The notes beneath the pieces were generated by a model, which had not been told where the DNA came from, did not search any database, and saw only the letters and a list, made by a program, of their open reading frames with translations. A DNA stretch of 62,901 bases, the filler included, from Octopus bimaculoides (taxonomy: Eukaryota): the NCBI RefSeq assembly GCF_001194135.2. It is 4 parts of 3 records of this genome, joined end to end, with 100 filler letters (N's around TTAATTAATTAA, not from the genome) between each part and the next. Parts side by side here need not be neighbours in the genome. Positions count along the whole stretch, not along the records: positions 30,120 to 53,017 come from NC_068984.1; 3 more parts are not named here. One strand, given 5' to 3'. This document shows positions 38,401-50,888 of this stretch, one piece after another (within the stretch, counting starts at the first letter, position 1; each line of letters begins with the position of its first letter). Position numbers and translations under genes: made by a program.

Positions 38401-39310
38401 GAACAAATTTCAATAATAATGGATATCAGCGTCAAAACTCTATTTTAAAGTTTAAATTTGATATATAACCAAGGAGATCGATCCTTAAGGAGTCTATTTT
38501 AGACCTTTAGGGAGAAATCTCTTGCTATATTGGTAGCGATTACATGCTTTTCTCATTAACACATTGTGGAGATATCATATGAACATATATATATATANNN
38601 NNNNNNNNNNNNNNNNNNNNNNNNNNNNNNNNNNNNNNNNNNNNNNNNNNNNNNNNNNNNNNNNNNNNNNNNNNNNNNNNNNNNNNNNNNNNNNNNNNNN
38701 NNNNNNNNNNNNNNNNNNNNNNNNNNNNNNNNNNNNNNNNNNNNNNNNNNNNNNNNNNNNNNNNNNNNNNNNNNNNNNNNNNNNNNNNNNNNNNNNNNNN
38801 NNNNNNNNNNNNNNNNNNNNNNNNNNNNNNNNNNNNNNNNNNNNNNNNNNNNNNNNNNNNNNNNNNNNNNNNNNNNNNNNNNNNNNNNNNNNNNNNNNNN
38901 NNNNNNNNNNNNNNNNNNNNNNNNNNNNNNNNNNNNNNNNNNNNNNNNNNNNNNNNNNNNNNNNNNNNNNNNNNNNNNNNNNNNNNNNNNNNNNNNNNNN
39001 NNNNNNNNNNNNNNNNNNNNNNNNNNNNNNNNNNNNNNNNNNNNNNNNNNNNNNNNNNNNNNNNNNNNNNNNNNNNNNNNNNNNNNNNNNNNNNNNNNNN
39101 NNNNNNNNNNNNNNNNNNNNNNNNNNNNNNNNNNNNNNNNNNNNNNNNNNNNNNNNNNNNNNNNNNNNNNNNNNNNNNNNNNNNNNNNNNNNNNNNNNNN
39201 NNNNNNNNNNNNNNNNNNNNNNNNNNNNNNNNNNNNNNNNNNNNNNNNNNNNNNNNNNNNNNNNNNNNNNNNNNNNNNNNNNNNNNNNNNNNNNNNNNNN
39301 NNNNTATACA

Positions 39311-39345
<35 letters not shown>

Positions 39346-39606
39346 CTATATCTATATATGTATATATATATATATGTATATATATGCATATATATATATA
39401 TACATATAGACATATTTACACAGATATCTATCTATCTGTCTACGCAACTATAACTATATACACACATGCACACACAGACACACACATACAAACACACGCA
39501 CGCTCAACATCTATAAATTTATTTTGTGTTTGTTTGTGTGTGTGTATGTATATAATATGATATTATATATATATGTATATGTATATATATATATTTATAT
39601 ATTTAT

Positions 39607-39659
<53 letters not shown>

Positions 39660-39749
39660 ATATACATGTGTACGCGTGAGTGAATGTTGATGTGCACGTG
39701 TATTTGTATTTGTGTGTATGTATACATGCATATATGCATGTGTATGTGT

Positions 39750-39795
<46 letters not shown>

Positions 39796-40447
39796 GTATA
39801 TACAAAGGTCATCATTTTAAGCTGTCTTGTACTTAAACCGCCTATACTTTCGTCTGTCTTAAGTACAGCTTTGTCAAATCTGACTTCTATATGTTTAGTT
39901 TTATTCAAATATGTATGTGGCACGCACGCGTGCGTATATGTATGTGTGAATGTATATGTGTTTATATTTGCGTATAAGTGTGTGTGCTTGGTGTGTACTT
40001 GGCGTGTGCTTGGCGAGATGCATCTTGGAAGTGTAATAATATTAAATATATTAAGGTAATGCCATCTGTTGGCGATAAAGTGACACAGAATAAGTAGAGA
40101 GAGAGGGGGGAGTGACCGGTAGAGAACATACATACATACATACATACATATATACATACATACGTAGGCACGTAGGCACGTAGGCACGTACGTACGTACA
40201 CGCAAGCATATACACATATATAAATGCACGCATAAATATACGTATTAGTAATTAGCAGACGGTGGAAAGTTAGAGAGAAGAAAAGTGGTCAAAAAGTGTT
40301 AGAGAGTGAGACAAAGGGAGAGAAATCGACTGAGAAGAATGAAATGGAAAATTTGTCAGAGAGTCAAAGAGAGGCGGGAAAGACGCCGGGAGAAGAAAAA
40401 CACAGAAATAGAAAGACGGAGACATTGAAATATAACAGAGAGAAGGC

Positions 40448-40565
<118 letters not shown>

Positions 40566-40817
40566 AAGAGAAAATAAAAGGATGAACGCAAAGCATTGAG
40601 AAAGAATGTTAGAGAGTGAAACAGCATTGGAAATGGGTTGGTCTGTAGTTTGGCAGCAAATAGGATGTCAGAATGTGATGTATGAAAGATGAAGAAGAAA
40701 AGGTGAAAGACAACTATTGGTGGAATCAAGACAGTTGCGTGGGACTGTTGTCGTTAGATTTGCATAACACATTTAGAAATTGGTAAACACATTTTCCAGC
40801 TTTTGAATGTAATAATT

Positions 40818-41135
40818 AGTGGCTAAGTGGTTAGGGTCTTCGGCTTGCGATCGTCAGGTCACGAGTTCGATCCCCGGCGGCGCGTTGTGTCCTTGAGCAA
40901 GATATTTTATTTCACCGTTGCTCCACTCCATTCAGCTAGCAAAAACTGAGTTGTACTTGTAATTCAAAGAGGCCAACCTTGTCACATTCTGTGTCAGGCT
41001 GAGCCCGTCTGAGAACCACGCTAATGGTACGCGTGTCTGTGGAGTACTCAACCACTTGGACGTTAATTTCATGAGCAAGCTGTTTCGTTGATCGGATCAA
41101 TTGGAACCCTTGTCGTCGTAACCGACGGAGTACCA
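40818..41135 (+). mobile_element. SINE family B, CORE-containing variant
   Basis: ggctaagtggttaggg..gagttcgatccc head, tgtgtccttgagcaag CORE-like segment, tail ..gtcgtcgtaaccgacggagt. Confidence 0.85.
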
Positions 41136-41207
41136 GTTTAGTTGCCGGATTCTTTGTATGTGTGCCGGAGTCTGTGAACTATATGCATACATCCGTGCAT
41201 GTTTATG

Positions 41208-41245
<38 letters not shown>

Positions 41246-41620
41246 TCGTGGCACTCCGTCGGTTACGACGACGAGGGTCCCAGCTGATACGATCAATGGA
41301 TCAGCTTGCTCGTGAAATTAACGTGCAAGTGGCTGAGCACTCCACAGACACGTGTACCCTTAACGTAGTTCTCCGGGAGATTCAGCGTGACACAGAGTGT
41401 GACAAGGCTGGCCCTTTGAAATATAGACGCAACAGAAACAAGAAGAAAGAGTGAAAGAAAGTTGTAGTGAAAGAATACAGCAGGGTTCGCCACCACCCCG
41501 TGGCGGAGCCTCGTAGAGTTTTTAGGTGTTTTCGCTCAATGAATACTCACAGAACCCGGTCTGAGAATCGAAACCGCGATCCTACAACTGCGAGTCCACT
41601 GTGCTAACCACTGGGCCATT
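41246..41620 (-). mobile_element. Full-length SINE family B
   Basis: Reverse complement of 45093-45478. Confidence 0.9.
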
Positions 41621-41831
41621 GCTCCTCCACATATATATATTATATTAGAGGAAAAATCAAAACCAAGACAGAACGACTATCTCAAGTCATTTAGAATAAT
41701 TTAATTAGTGTAAGGTGAATTTAAAGTCTTACAGCCATTTCGTTTCTGGGATTACCTAAGTGATAAGTTAGCATGTCCGTGCACTGGGTATCCCGTCATA
41801 AGAGACACGGTATGAATATTTTAGACGTGGA

Positions 41832-41904
41832 AAAATTTACAGTTTACAAGGAATAAAATTCACAGTTTATAAGGAATAAAATTCACAGTTTATAAGGAAT
41901 AAAA
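41832..41904 (+). repeat. 23-bp minisatellite, about 3 copies (aaaattcacagtttataaggaat)
   Basis: Seen directly. Confidence 0.8.
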
Positions 41905-42058
41905 TAGAAGAATAAAGGAGTAAAATAAAAGAAAAATGAGTAAAAGCAGTGAGAAGAAATATAGGCAGGCGAATAATGATCACAACCCATCTGTTTCTAA
42001 CTATAGCACCTACCCAGGGTACCTATTCGTTTAGATCACAAGTGAACTAAACCCTTCC

Positions 42059-42138
<80 letters not shown>

Positions 42139-42197
42139 TTATCTCTCTCCCTCTCTCTCTCTCTACACACACACATATATATATATATATGTATAGA

Positions 42198-42520
42198 AGC
42201 ACTTCGTCGGTTACGACGATGAGGGTCCCAGCTGATCTGATCAACGAAACAGCTTGCTCGTGAAATTAACGTGTAAGTGGCTGAGAACTCCACAGACACG
42301 TGTACCCTTAACGTAGTTCTCAGGGAGACTCAGCGTGACACATAGCGTGACAAGGCTGACCCTTTGAATTACAGGTACAACTCATTTTTGCCAGCTGAGT
42401 GGACTGGAGCAACGTGAAATAAAGTGTCTTGCTCAAGGACACAACGCGTCGCCGGGAATTGAACTCACGACCTTAGGTCGTGAGCAGAATGCACTAACCA
42501 CTACGCCACGCGTCTTCACA
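42198..42520 (-). mobile_element. SINE family B, CORE-containing variant
   Basis: Reverse complement of the 40818-41135 type. Confidence 0.9.
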
Positions 42521-43783
42521 TATATATACAAATATATACGTACACACACACACACACATGAGTATTGCTCGTCGTATGACGTGTAACACTCATTTCGATT
42601 ACTTCACTGCTATTTTACTTATCGACCTTGAATGGATGAAAAACAAAGTTCATATCGGTAGAATCTGAACTCGATGTAAGGGATCGAAAGAAATACTGCT
42701 ATGTTTTCCAAAAGAGCTAATGATTCTGCCAGCTCACCAGTTATTATAATATGTAACTCTTATCATATTTCTTTGTGTTTATACAAAATAATAAAATAAA
42801 AACTAATTTTCAAAAGGTAAAATATTTCTTAACTTAAAATAAAATTAAATAAAAAATTCTCATTGTATATTTTGTAATAAATATATATTGATATTATCAG
42901 TTTTTTTAAAAAAAATTATCAACAAAACCAAATTGACTTCATTGAAAAACTTATCTCTACAAAATTTTATTAAAAATTATGTATTTTTCTGAGTGTTATG
43001 AGAATCAAAATAAGCGCTGGAGCATCAAACTGGAAAAATGCATCTTTCTCTCTCGCCTTGTTTTTTATCTTCTCCCTCTCCCCCCCTCTTACCCTCTCGT
43101 CCCTTTGTCTTTCTTTGTTCCTTTTTTTGTTTTTAGTTATTTAAATTCTTTCTCTGTAGAAGGAACTGGTTTCTAACAAAGATACAAATCCCCATCGCTG
43201 GAATGTAGATGACGAAAACTGTCACATTTGAAATTTGAGAAAACTCTTGAATATTTTTACTCTTCCAGATTCTATTTGTGTGTCAATTGGCTGATTTCTT
43301 TTTCTGAGTATCCTAGCACACTCAAGATAGGCGTTTACTCACAAAGCAATTATTTTGGCATAAATGTAAATTCATAACCTGGGTGTAGAAACAAGAGGTT
43401 TCGAAGCAGTTGTCCGTACTTATCCTCTTTCTGTTTGATTGTCAGAGGTATTCACATCAGCAGGAGAGACGGTACATAATTTTACTTGTCAGTCCCGAAC
43501 AACAATGTCCATGTTATGCTTACCCTTGATGCATGTTTTGATGTATGTAAGTATTCCTTTATTTGTTTTAGTCACTTGGAATGCGGCCATGCTGGAGCAC
43601 CGCCTTTAGCCGAACAAATCGACCCCCAGGACTTATTCTTTGTAAGCCTAGTACTAATTCTATCGCTCTCTTTTGCCGAACAGCTAAGTTGCGGGGACGT
43701 AAACACATAGTAACTGATGCTCCAACGATTATTCTGTCTTCTATAGACAAATATCAGGCAATGTCTTTGTCTTAACAAACATT

Positions 43784-44500
43784 GATTCCAAATTTTGGCA
43801 CAAGTCCGGCGACTTCGGAGGAGAGGTAAAGTCGAGTATATGGACCTCAGTATTTAACTGGTACTTATCTTATTGACCCCGGGAGGATAAATGGTAAATT
43901 CGACTTCGGCGGAATTTGATCTCAGAACGTTAAGACGGACGATATGCCGCTTATCATTTTGCCCAGCGTGCTAACGATTCTGCCAGTTCGCCGCCTTACG
44001 CCGCCTTACGCCGCCTTACGCTGCCTTACTAATATTGATTTCAAATTTTGGCACAAGGCCAGCAATTTCGGGGAGGAGTTAAGTCAATTACGTCGACCCC
44101 AGTGTTCAACTGGTATTTATTTTATTGACCCCGATAGGATGAAAAGCGAAGTCGACTTCAGCGAATTTTGCACTCAGAACGTAAAGATGGACGATATACA
44201 GCCAAGCATTTTGTTCGGCGTGCCAACGATTCTGCCAGATCGTCGCCCTCCCCGACTTCACCGCCTTAAATATTTAAAATACTGGCCTCGAATTTTGGCA
44301 CAAGGCTAGCGAGTTCAGAGGTCGGGGTAAGTTAATTGCATCGACTCTTGTGCTCATGTAGTACTCATTATTTTATCGACCCCGAAAGTATCAAACGCAA
44401 AGAAGTCCTCGACGGAATTTGAACTCAGAATGTAAAGACGGACGAAATGTAGCCAAGCATTTTGTCCGGCATGTTATCGATTCTGTCAGCTTGCCGCCTT
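43784..44500 (-). mobile_element. Three head-to-tail SINE family C copies (about 43784-43998, 44036-44268, 44290-44500)
   Basis: Each runs from aattttggcacaag to cgccgcctt; the cluster is flanked by an ~80-bp direct repeat. Confidence 0.85.
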
Positions 44501-45092
44501 AGATGGAACGAATACCGCAATGTACAGTAACTGATGCTCCAACGATTAGTCTGGCTTCAATAGACAAATATCAAGTGGCGCCTTTGTCTTAACAAATATA
44601 TTGACCGCAATACGAGTACAGAGCGTTTTTGTCTCACGATTTTGTCAATTGGTTTTCTATTTAAAATATCGGAGCCATTAATTAAAGTCATCTTAATTCA
44701 ATATGGTGGGAGGAAAGCAACGATTATTTTAATATATTGGAAATGTCTGAAATATATCTCGCAGCTGAAATATATCTCAGATCTTGTATTGTTTGTTATT
44801 TTTTATTTCTATAGACTTTCTAAGAACAAGTTGGGTAGGACGAGGAATAGCATAAAAAAAAAGAGGAACGCCATGTTAAGTTTCTTGTAAGCTTCCAGTT
44901 ATTTACTGCGTTGTCTAACGTTCGAAGCTCGAATCCGGCCGGTATGGACTTCACTTTTCATCTATCTGGGAACGGCAAATTAAAAATAACTATCAAATAC
45001 CGGGGTAGGTTGGTTCTGTTCTATTTTCATCAGAGACAAAACATTACAACTAATGTAGTCCCACGTTTATGTGTGTATGTGTATATGTGTGT

Positions 45093-45478
45093 AGAGGCGC
45101 AATGGCCCAGTGGTTAGGGCAGCAGACTCGCGCTCATAGGATTGCGGTTTCGATTCCCAGACTGGGCGTTGTGAGTGTTTATTGAGCGAAAACACCTAAA
45201 GCTCCACGAGGCTCCAGCAGGGGATGGTGGCGAACCCTGCTGTACTCTTCCACCACAACTTTCTCTCACTCTTACTTGCTGTTTCTGTTGTGCCTGTAAT
45301 TCAAAGGGCCAGCCTTGTCACACTGTGTCACGCTGAATCTCCCCGAGAACTACGTTAAGGGTACACGTGTCTGTGGAGTGCTCAGCCACTTGCACGCTAA
45401 TTTCACGAGCAGGCTGTTCCGTTGATCGGATCAACTGGGACCCTCGACGTCGTAAGCGACGGAGTGCCAACAACAACA
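45093..45478 (+). mobile_element. Full-length SINE family B, tRNA-like head and (AAC)n tail
   Basis: gaggcgcaatggcccagtggttagggcagc..ggtttcgattccc.. through cgacggagtgccaacaacaacaa. Confidence 0.9.
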
Positions 45479-45622
45479 ATATGTGTGTGTACTTTATTTG
45501 TGGGTTAACATGCTTTCATGTAGAGAGAAATCTCTTATCAATATCAAGCCTGCCACATGGGAACGTTGGTACTCGTTTCCATCTTGGATGATTAGCGTAT
45601 ATAGACGTATCTACATATAAAC

Positions 45623-46018
45623 TGACGTCATATACAGTTTTATAAACTATCGGGAGAACGTGAAATAATTCCTCTTCGGAATAGTATAACTCGAAGGACA
45701 CACATAATGCTATATACAATAGCATGTGAATATTGGGCTGAAAATCCCCTTTTGGATAGAAAAAAACTGAAGGCGTTTGCTATTAAAAAAAATCCACAAA
45801 AGAAGCAAATTCACGTCACCCGTGGGCATAACAGGCTTTCTGCCATTGAATCAAAGCAAGCCTTCGAATTCCTCTATCAATTTTATAAACTTTACTCTTA
45901 CCTGTGAGAATTCTATGACGCCAACAACATACAATGCTGTGTGTACTTCGAGATATCCTATTCCAAAGAAGAATGATTTCACGTTCTCTCGATAGTTTAT
46001 AAAATTCTTCTCACGTCA
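45623..46018. mobile_element. MITE or fold-back element with ~95-bp imperfect TIRs
   Basis: ttttataaactatcgggagaacgtgaaataattcctcttcggaatag.. at the left end is the reverse complement of ..ctattccaaagaagaatgatttcacgttctctcgatagtttataaaa at the right end. Confidence 0.75.
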
Positions 46019-47695
46019 ACAACACAGAATTCTCACCGGTAAAAATGAAGTTTCTAAAACTGATAACAAATACCTTCGTAAGATTGCTTTGGTCCAATGG
46101 TAGAACGCCTGTTATGTATATAGAAGATGTGGGTTCGAGTGGCCCTCGACTTTTTCTTTCCAAAAATGGGTTTTCAACCCAACCTTAACATGTTATTTAT
46201 AGCCTTATACGTGTGCTTCGAGATGTACTATGCAAAAAAAAAAAAAAATGTACATATAGTTTTTCTGTGCAGAGTCGTACATATGTTTATTATGTAAAAA
46301 TGACAGTCTTCTTTGCGTTTCGCCCCAGGTTGGACGGTTCACAGCTGATCAACTCAGTCGGGAGCGAAACTCTGAGTAGACAGTCAAATTTATGATATAA
46401 TAACACTAATAGCACCCATTCCTTCACACGTATGNNNNNNNNNNNNNNNNNNNNNNNNNNNNNNNNNNNNNNNNNNNNNNNNNNNNNNNNNNNNNNNNNN
46501 NNNNNNNNNNNNNNNNNNNNNNNNNNNNNNNNNNNNNNNNNNNNNNNNNNNNNNNNNNNNNNNNNNNNNNNNNNNNNNNNNNNNNNNNNNNNNNNNNNNN
46601 NNNNNNNNNNNNNNNNNNNNNNNNNNNNNNNNNNNNNNNNNNNNNNNNNNNNNNNNNNNNNNNNNNNNNNNNNNNNNNNNNNNNNNNNNNNNNNNNNNNN
46701 NNNNNNNNNNNNNNNNNNNNNNNNNNNNNNNNNNNNNNNNNNNNNNNNNNNNNNNNNNNNNNNNNNNNNNNNNNNNNNNNNNNNNNNNNNNNNNNNNNNN
46801 NNNNNNNNNNNNNNNNNNNNNNNNNNNNNNNNNNNNNNNNNNNNNNNNNNNNNNNNNNNNNNNNNNNNNNNNNNNNNNNNNNNNNNNNNNNNNNNNNNNN
46901 NNNNNNNNNNNNNNNNNNNNNNNNNNNNNNNNNNNNNNNNNNNNNNNNNNNNNNNNNNNNNNNNNNNNNNNNNNNNNNNNNNNNNNNNNNNNNNNNNNNN
47001 NNNNNNNNNNNNGGCGCAGGAGTGGCTGTGTGGTAAGTATCTTGCTTACCAACCACATGATTCCGGGTTCAGTCTCACTGCGTGGCATCTTGAGTGTCTT
47101 CTACTATAGCCTCGGGCCGACCAAAGCCTTGTGAGTAGATTTTGCAGACGGAGACTGAAAGAAGCCCGTCATATATATATCTTTCTTCTTACCTATCTCC
47201 CCCTCCCGTTCTGCTTCCTTCTGTTGTCCTTGCTTCTCCCCTTCACTGCTATAAATATCTCTCTCTTACTCTTCCTCCCTGCCTCTTGTCACCCACCTTT
47301 GTCCCACTTCCTCCCTTTTCCTCCCTCCACCACTCCTCGTTGATCACATGCGACCTGTGGTCACCTCTTCCTTTCTCCTTCCAGCCAGCTTAAAGGCAAG
47401 ACGAAACTNNNNNNNNNNNNNNNNNNNNNNNNNNNNNNNNNNNNNNNNNNNNNNNNNNNNNNNNNNNNNNNNNNNNNNNNNNNNNNNNNNNNNNNNNNNN
47501 NNNNNNNNNNNNNNNNNNNNNNNNNNNNNNNNNNNNNNNNNNNATATGCATTTATATATACATGTAGATGTAGGTATGTACATATATGTATGTATACATG
47601 CGTATGATCATATATCATTTGTATTATTATATTATCGAACGCGACGCGTCCATTTGCAAGTATATATATATACAGACACAGACACAGACACACAC

Positions 47696-47779
<84 letters not shown>

Positions 47780-47799
47780 ACATATACATCCATATATAT

Positions 47800-48320
47800 G
47801 TGGCTGTGTGGTAAGAAGCTTGCTTCCCAACCACATGGTTCCGAGTTCAGTCCACTGCGTGACACCTTGAGCAAGTGTCTTCTACTATATCCTTGTGAGT
47901 GGATTTGGTAGACGGAAACTGAAAGAAGCTCGTCGTATATATGTATAGATATATATGTGTGTGTGTGTGTGTGTGTATAGTTGCAATTTACAGAAGAACA
48001 AAAAACGAAAACAGGCGTATAAACAACAAACCGGTGTATTAGTTTAACGCCCGGAAAGGGGAGAAAGTCTTTTACGTTTCGAGCATACGCTCTTCAACAG
48101 AAAGGAACACGAGGAAATAAACAGAGAATAAAAAAAACTTTTGGAGCTAGCGGTCAATCATGACGGTTGGCTGGACAATATATATACGTGTGTGTTTGTG
48201 TCTGTCCCCATCATCTCTTGACAACCAATGTTGGTGTGTTTATGTCCCGGTAAACCAGTGGTTCGGCCAAAGGAATCGATAGAATAAGTACTACGCTTGC
48301 GAAGAATAAGTCCTGGAGTC
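47800..48320 (+). mobile_element. SINE family A split by a PLE-terminus-like insert (about 47980-48175)
   Basis: 5' half at 47800-47940, 3' half at 48190-48320; the insert lies in the internal microsatellite. Confidence 0.75.
48069..48104 (-). ncRNA. Minimal hammerhead variant (core CUGUUGA)
   Basis: Reverse complement CTTT-CTGTTGA-A-GAGC GTAT GCTC-GAA-ACGT-A-AAAG: 4-bp stem I, 4-bp stem II, ACGT palindrome, triplet GUA. A6 is replaced by U. Confidence 0.55.
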
Positions 48321-49927
48321 GAGAGAGAATAAAAACTTTTGGAGTTAGTAGCCAATGTTTATATGCATATATATATACATATATATATATATACACGGAC
48401 AGAGGTCACTCCCGTTTACCATTATCAACACGATCACTACTACTACTACAGCCACCGATTCAAATCAACACACTTGACAGCCATTATGTCTCCACACAAA
48501 AAACGCTCCCACGTGGACTATGTTGACACCAGTAAGAAACAATTATGAACTTTTCTTTTAATTACATCTTTTAAAAAAATTTTGATAAAGTTCGTTTTTT
48601 CAAGAACCGAAACATGTAAAATATCTCTGAGAAAATTATAAATTAAAATTTATTTTATATAGTGGCGGTTTCAAACTTCTTTTTTACAAATATATACCCA
48701 CTNNNNNNNNNNNNNNNNNNNNNNNNNNNNNNNNNNNNNNNNNNNNNNNNNNNNNNNNNNNNNNNNNNNNNNNNNNNNNNNNNNNNNNNNNNNNNNNNNN
48801 NNNNNNNNNNNNNNNNNNNNNNNNNTATATATATATATATATATTTGCATCTCTCCTATTACTATTCGCGATAACTAATGAATATAATTCATTTATTCAA
48901 TTAATCATAATTACTTCAATATAAGTTTATTTAAATAATTCATTATAAGTTATTTATTCTTAATTATTTTACATCATCGTCGTCGTCGTTGTGGTCGTCC
49001 ACCTCAATCTTCTCTTTTCCTCCTCCTCCTCTTAACTCTCCTCCCCTTCTTCCTCCTCCCACTCCCCTTCCTCTTCCTCCCCCCCTCATCATCCAGTCCC
49101 ACAACTCTTATTTTTTGTATTCCTTTAATCACAATTTTAATATAAATTATTTATTCAGTCATATTACTTTCTCCTTTTTGCAGTACAAATTCTCATTAAC
49201 TTTACCAATACCTACATTAATCAACTTTCATTTAATTAACGATTGTTAAGTAGTTAATTTCTACATTAAAATCATTCTCAATGCCACTTGTAATATACAT
49301 AATTACGACATGTTTTTTAACGAACGCTGTCAATAATCATTTAAATATATATATATGTTTTGTCTCTAAGACAAATATATTTTTTATATATATTTCTTAT
49401 CTCAATAAATGTCTTATATTTCAAATTCGTTTTGTTTAAAAGATTTTCTTTTCTTTAATATTATTCCTTCTTTGGTAAGGAATTGTTTTTGTATCATATA
49501 CTCCATCTTTCTCAATTTCTTGGTGTCTTAACTCTTCGACAATTATATAAATTATGATAGACAAGCTTTCTGTAACTGTCAAATCGAATGCATACATATT
49601 CTCTCTCTCTCTCTCACACACAAACACACATGCACACACAAACACACACATCTGTTATCTTTTACCCTTAACTTGTGGCCTTGCTGGAGCACCGTCTTGA
49701 AGAATTTTTAGTCGAATGAATCGAACCCAGTACTAATTTGTTAGAAATAAAAAAACTTTGGTATTAAGTCTATCGGTCTCTTTTCTCGAAGAGCTAAGTT
49801 AAGAGGGTGTAAGCACGCCCGCTTGTCAAACGGTGGTAGGGGACAAATACATACACAAACACACACAGACACAGACACACAGACACAGACACACAAACAT
49901 AAAGATACACATCTATCTATCTATCTA

Positions 49928-49984
<57 letters not shown>

Positions 49985-50142
49985 ATATATATATAATTAT
50001 AAGATCTGGTAATTAGTCATATATTAATATATTAATTAATATACATACACATAAATACATATATACATAGGCATCTAATCCAATATTAATTGTAGATCTA
50101 ACCCGGAGATAGTGTCAATTGTAGCGTATGCATAAAGAACAT

Positions 50143-50351
50143 AAGTGGGGTTCAAAAAATTTCGGTAGCATTTTATTGGCGCATTCCATTCTTAGACTCG
50201 TTCCATCATGGTTGTTGGTGAAATGTTCACCTAAAAGTTTTTATGTTTAAAATGTACCTACCGTCGGCGGGGTTTTGCCATGATGGAATCTAAGAACACA
50301 TCAATAAGAAAATGCTGCCGAAACAGCTTTTGTGAATTTCGAACTCCACTT
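50143..50351. mobile_element. Short palindromic MITE, mariner-like ends
   Basis: aagtggggttc..tttcggtagcatttt..ttcttaga..ttccatcatgg is mirrored by ccatgatggaatctaagaa..aaaatgctgccgaaa..gaactccactt. Confidence 0.55.
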
Positions 50352-50497
50352 GAGTCCTTCTATGGCTTTTCTGATGTTTTTTCCACTTTAATAATTAGAT
50401 GTTTAAATACACCGAATAATTCATAAACATCTATTTATTAAAGTGGAAAATTATCAGAAAAGCCATTTCTATTCATTTTTACTCACGCACGCACGCG

Positions 50498-50583
<86 letters not shown>

Positions 50584-50674
50584 CACACACACACACACGC
50601 ACACATGTATGTATGCTTGTATGTTCGAAGTTCTTCTCTAAACATAACGCCTCAATATTATTATCTGATATAGG

Positions 50675-50888
50675 ACGATGAGCTGGCAGAACCGTTACCT
50701 TGCCGGACAAAATGCTTTACGGCGTTTCGTCCGTCTTTACATTCTGAGTTCAAATTCCGCCGAGATCGACTTTGCTTTCCATCCTTTCTTGGCTGATGAA
50801 ATAAGTACAAATCAAGCCCTTGGGTCAATGTAATCGACTTACCAACTTCCCTTGTAATTGCTGGCCTTGTGCCAAAATTTGAAACCAA
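50675..50888 (+). mobile_element. SINE family C
   Basis: gagctggcagaaccgtta..gagttcaaattccgccgagatcgactttgc..ggccttgtgccaaaatttgaaacc. Confidence 0.9.

Noticed and set aside
41725-41775. Possible hammerhead in a PLE-like terminus
   Set aside because: The core box is not recognisable and stems cannot be assigned.
46084-46150. tRNA gene
   Set aside because: Only degenerate A/B-box-like motifs; no cloverleaf can be built.
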